Below, in pieces: positions 61,001 to 64,000 of a DNA stretch of 64,000 nucleotides. The stretch's first letter is position 1. The number at the start of each line of letters is the position of its first letter. The stretch covers positions 34,540,437-34,604,436 of the forward strand of contig NC_092672.1 of the NCBI RefSeq assembly GCF_964355755.1, written 5' to 3'. Source of the DNA: Antedon mediterranea (lineage: Eukaryota > Animalia > Echinodermata). The notes beneath the pieces are model-generated. The model was not told where the DNA came from. It was given only the letters and a program-made list of their open reading frames with translations, and did no database searches. The position numbers and the translations under genes are program-made.

Positions 61001-63560
61001 TATATCTTATTGAATTCCTGTATTGTTTTTGTGTCAATTTGTCTACTAATTATCAATGTGTTGATTGTGGCAGTAATTACGACAGCTATAGTCTTCTAAG
61101 ATCGCTCACATCCATTACAAAGTGTCATTTTAATAGTAAGAAACGTTTCAATAAATTGTGAATGTTGCCACTGTACGATACATTTTATGTTTCTCACTAC
61201 TTGCTCTTATTGTTCAATCAATCAACTTAAAAAAAAAAGAAATTTGTGTCAAAATATCTGCATAAAATGTTTATTTGCGGAATGTTAATTTGAACCTATT
61301 GCATTTGATACAGAAAATATTTTTAAAATATTGCATCAGTAAAACATCCAAAACAATATTTAGATTTTCTTTTTTTTTTTTATTTTCACTGCTGAATAGA
61401 TAGTTGAAATCTTTAAAAATTAAACCAATTCATCATGATTAAAACAAAAATACATCCCTTCTGGTGGTGGTCTACACTGTAGACCTAGCTAGCAGTGTAC
61501 TGCCTAGGCCTACTACACTCTACTTCTAGAGACAGAAGTAGGCAGCAGTTTAGGCTACTCGAGACTGTCAGTGCTAGTAGTAGTAGTAAATCCGACTAGT
61601 AGTACAGTAGCAGCAAATTCGGGCCTAGGCCTAGCTAGGCCTCTCCTGTTAGCGAAACAAAAACTCACCTAAATGAATAAGATTCAACATCAAAGTTACC
61701 AACTGTAATTCTAACTTAGCATTCTGCTAGCTATAGTTTTCGTGTTTTCTTCAAGATTCGTCTCGCATCACTACTCGACTCTCTCGCGCACGCATGCATT
61801 GCTATCGTTGTTGGCTGTTGATTTGGAAAGCATCATCATCCACACGATGTATCCATACAATATGAATATTTATGAGCTAACTCAGGTCAAGGGTTAAATT
61901 AAACCGGAACACATTTGTCTTCCAGACAAATAGCTTCCGGTTGGTTAATTTTTGCATTAAATTGCGATTTTCCCGTGTAAAAAATTATTTTTTTCAATCC
62001 AAATTGAGGTCAAAGTGAATAACTTTTATGTGCAATTAAAATGGCCTATTCAACAAAAATATTGAAAAAAAATTTTTTTTCAGGGGGACAATACATCTTT
62101 AATAGAACAGGTTAATCTTATCATTATTACTTATATCCTCGGGTATAATCCCACTTCAGGTCTCATCCCACCCCCTACTTTATATCTGATTTCACAAACA
62201 GGCATAACCCCAGGTATAGTCCCAGTATAGTCCTTTGGATCTGGATGTAGCCTTTACAGATGAGTTTTTATAAGAAATGCTTTCTTAATTTTTTTTCCTG
62301 AACTAGGATTTCCTCTGTTATAGCCAATTTTGTGTTCTAGTGGGGTGGGATTGTACCAGAGGATAAACGGTATTATAAGGCAAGTTCATCGCTATGGTAA
62401 TTATTTTAGTGAGAATACAACAAAATAAAACTTAAATCTTTTATTGAAAAATAAAATTATATTAATTTTTATAATAAAATTTTTTGAATACCTCAACTTC
62501 ATTTAAGATGTGTTTTTCTGGGTCAAAGTTCTTCAGGTCAATGACCTCTTGATAGACACCTTGATCACGTATGGCAGCAGATAATAAATTTGAAAATTTC
62601 TAAAATAAATATAAAAACAAAAAAAGTTTTCTTTCAATATATGGAAACAATGAATGTAAAAAGAATGATTTATAAACATGTGAAATAAAGTGCTATGGTT
62701 AGGGAAAGTTACAGGTTCGAATCCTGCCAGAATCTTTTCCTGGCAGTGTGGGTTATTTATATATGATTCAGGTTGCAGCAATAGATTTACCTTTGCTGTT
62801 CCAGTTTGTGTACCATAAAATATCTTCACAAAACCACTTCCAGATTCTTTGTTTGTTGTATCTTCTTTCTCATCATGCTAAAATATTTTTTTTTAAATCA
62901 TTAAATTTATTTTATTTATTTTCTAAATTGGGTTTCATAGTTACTGTAATGCACTTGTCAATTGTATGACCCACTATACGACCTCCGGGAGAGGTGCGTC
63001 ATGAGTGCGTCATTTACAAATAATTACTGACGCAGGGGTGCATCAAAAAACCGAGATGGTACGTCACATCAATGAACAAGGTGTGTCAATGTCCGTCACT
63101 TTACCACCCACCATATCATAAACAACATGGTCACAGTGCGTCAAAATGGGTGCGTCATGGTCACCTAAAGGTAAGTCACCTTTTTGACGCACGGGTGCGT
63201 CATGGTATTCAAAAGTATGACGCACATCGGACAAATGACGCACCTCTCCCGGGGGTCGTATCATGGGTCATACAATTGACAAGTGCATAATAACAAATTA
63301 CTATTTTTTATTTTCAAAAATTGAAGTAAAAGATATCAAGTTTCAAGTCAATCAAGTGTTAAGACAATTTGAACGATTTGCGCAAGGTACATTCTTGCGC
63401 ATAACAAAAGCATTTACCTGATTTAAAGTTGTTATTCTTACATTTCTTTTATTTCTCCAGCCAACAAACCACAATACTCCCACTAGTCCGATAATAAAGG
63501 CAAGTGCATGCCCACATGGCAATCCATCCCATACAGAACCAAACAAAACAAAATTCATTT
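49085..63560 (-). CDS. TYW1: SAM-dependent tRNA 4-demethylwyosine synthase TYW1 (N-terminal TM, flavodoxin and radical-SAM domains), 16 exons seen, ~705 aa; first exon probably beyond the window
   Basis: Exons 63560-63418, 62877-62791, 62599-62492, 59006-58815, 57434-57335, 56662-56478, 56112-55993, 55581-55497, 55135-55083, 54198-54080, 52060-51951, 51506-51329, 50842-50707, 50413-50303, 49901-49734 and 49309-49085, all in phase. Motifs: [11 protein letters not shown] and YAVFGLGNS (flavodoxin), [39 protein letters not shown] (CxxxCxxC), [23 protein letters not shown] and GFDPVETR. Confidence 0.95.
51644..51781. mobile_element. MITE family A copy
   Basis: TIR pair with TTA TSD on both sides. 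Confidence 0.8.
51828..52320. repeat. 89-bp inverted repeat flanking TYW1 exon 51951-52060
   Basis: 51828-51916 is the reverse complement of 52232-52320 with one mismatch. Confidence 0.92.
54931..55075. repeat. 43-bp direct duplication around a (TA)n/(TATG) microsatellite
   Basis: TGATGTATATATAAACATGATGAATGTATATACAAGTATTAATT occurs at 54931 and ~55032. Confidence 0.85.
57102..57312. mobile_element. MITE with GCTTACCTGGA(T/G)AAAC TIRs
   Basis: Inverted termini. Collapsed or partial relatives lie at 3002-3036 and 7191-7207. Confidence 0.65.
57458..58267. mobile_element. Tc1/mariner(pogo)-like non-autonomous element
   Basis: TA|CCGTATATTTCGGTGTATAAG(T/A)CGCAC TIRs with TA TSD and internal repeats of GTGCGTCTTATACA. 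Confidence 0.85.
58270..58454. repeat. Fold-back palindromic element (~80-bp arms)
   Basis: ACAAATAATGAATGTTT...TGTAATGGTACAAATAATGGCATGA..GGTGAATGATGAAA and its reverse complement surround a GAGGCGAAGTCGAG loop. Confidence 0.75.
59638..62098. mobile_element. Kolobok-like non-autonomous DNA transposon (2.46 kb) in a TYW1 intron
   Basis: TTAA|AGATGTATTGTCCCCC ... GGGGGACAATACATCT|TTAA. No transposase ORF was recognised. Confidence 0.8.
62950..63287. mobile_element. Harbinger-like MITE family C, intact
   Basis: TIR TGCACTTGTCAATTGTATGACCCA with TAA TSD and many TGCGTCA/TGACGCA motifs. Confidence 0.85.
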
Positions 63561-63830
63561 CTGAAGATAGAGAAATTACCTAGTAATAATACCCAAAAAA
63601 GTAACAATTATAACAAAGTTTGCATTATATTTGAAGACAAAGATTTCACAGGGGTCCCTTGTAAAATTTCGGGAGAAAAACACACCAACAAGAGACACCT
63701 GTTTTAACTGACCAATCATAGTACAAATAGCGCTGTACTATACTTTCTTCTTAAGATTTCCCATACCGTAGTTATCATATGCGGGTATGAAAACATGTAA
63801 CAAATCAGGAGATAAAACCTGGTTACAACT

Positions 63831-64000
63831 TGTTATGCGCGATTTGAACGATTTGCGCAATTTGAAATTGCGCAAAAAAAATCCTTGCGCAATTTGAATT
63901 GAAACATGTGTTTCAAATTGCGCAAGCAACGTATTAAATTGCGCAAGTAATCTGCAAATTGCGCAAGGTTTTTCGACAGATTGTGAAATCATGCACACCC
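63831..64000 (+). mobile_element. Left end of a second Ginger-like copy (runs off the window)
   Basis: Near-identical to 46602-46771. Confidence 0.85.

Noticed and set aside
62690-62745. Possible tRNA gene (GGTTCGAATCC B box)
   Set aside because: No complete cloverleaf or acceptor stem, so at most a SINE-head relic. The similar GGGTCGAATCCC at ~49143 is TYW1 coding sequence.

Overview
AT-rich, intron-containing animal (invertebrate-type) genomic DNA. It is not prokaryotic and has no CRISPR, rRNA or true tRNA gene. I reconstructed exons by hand, checking splice sites and phases. Four complete genes are present: MRPL57/mL63 (+, 21728-24041), AIFM3-like Rieske/FAD oxidoreductase (-, 25592-39072), ARL6IP4/SR-25 (-, 42826-45444) and POP5 (+, 45981-48278). 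TYW1 (-, 49085-63560) is nearly complete. There is also the probable first coding exon of an uncharacterised dynamin/EHD-like GTPase (-, 21149-21263), whose next exon I could not find in the 21 kb to its left. Introns are densely filled with non-autonomous DNA transposons (Harbinger-, Kolobok-, Tc1/mariner- and Ginger-like, several nested) and tRNA-derived SINEs. Four features stand out. (i) A very young 3.8-kb Gypsy element has identical LTRs, a tRNA-Glu PBS and intact gag plus protease, but no RT core, RNase H or integrase. It also carries a basic uORF, an MXLRSG N-terminus and an RS-rich Gag tail. (ii) A Penelope fragment has perfect inverted pLTRs carrying a hammerhead-like motif. (iii) An 89-bp inverted repeat brackets one TYW1 exon. 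(iv) Candidate symmetric micro-exons and an RBFOX-motif cluster suggest a hidden + strand gene in the first 19 kb. Family assignments come from recalled motifs, not database searches.
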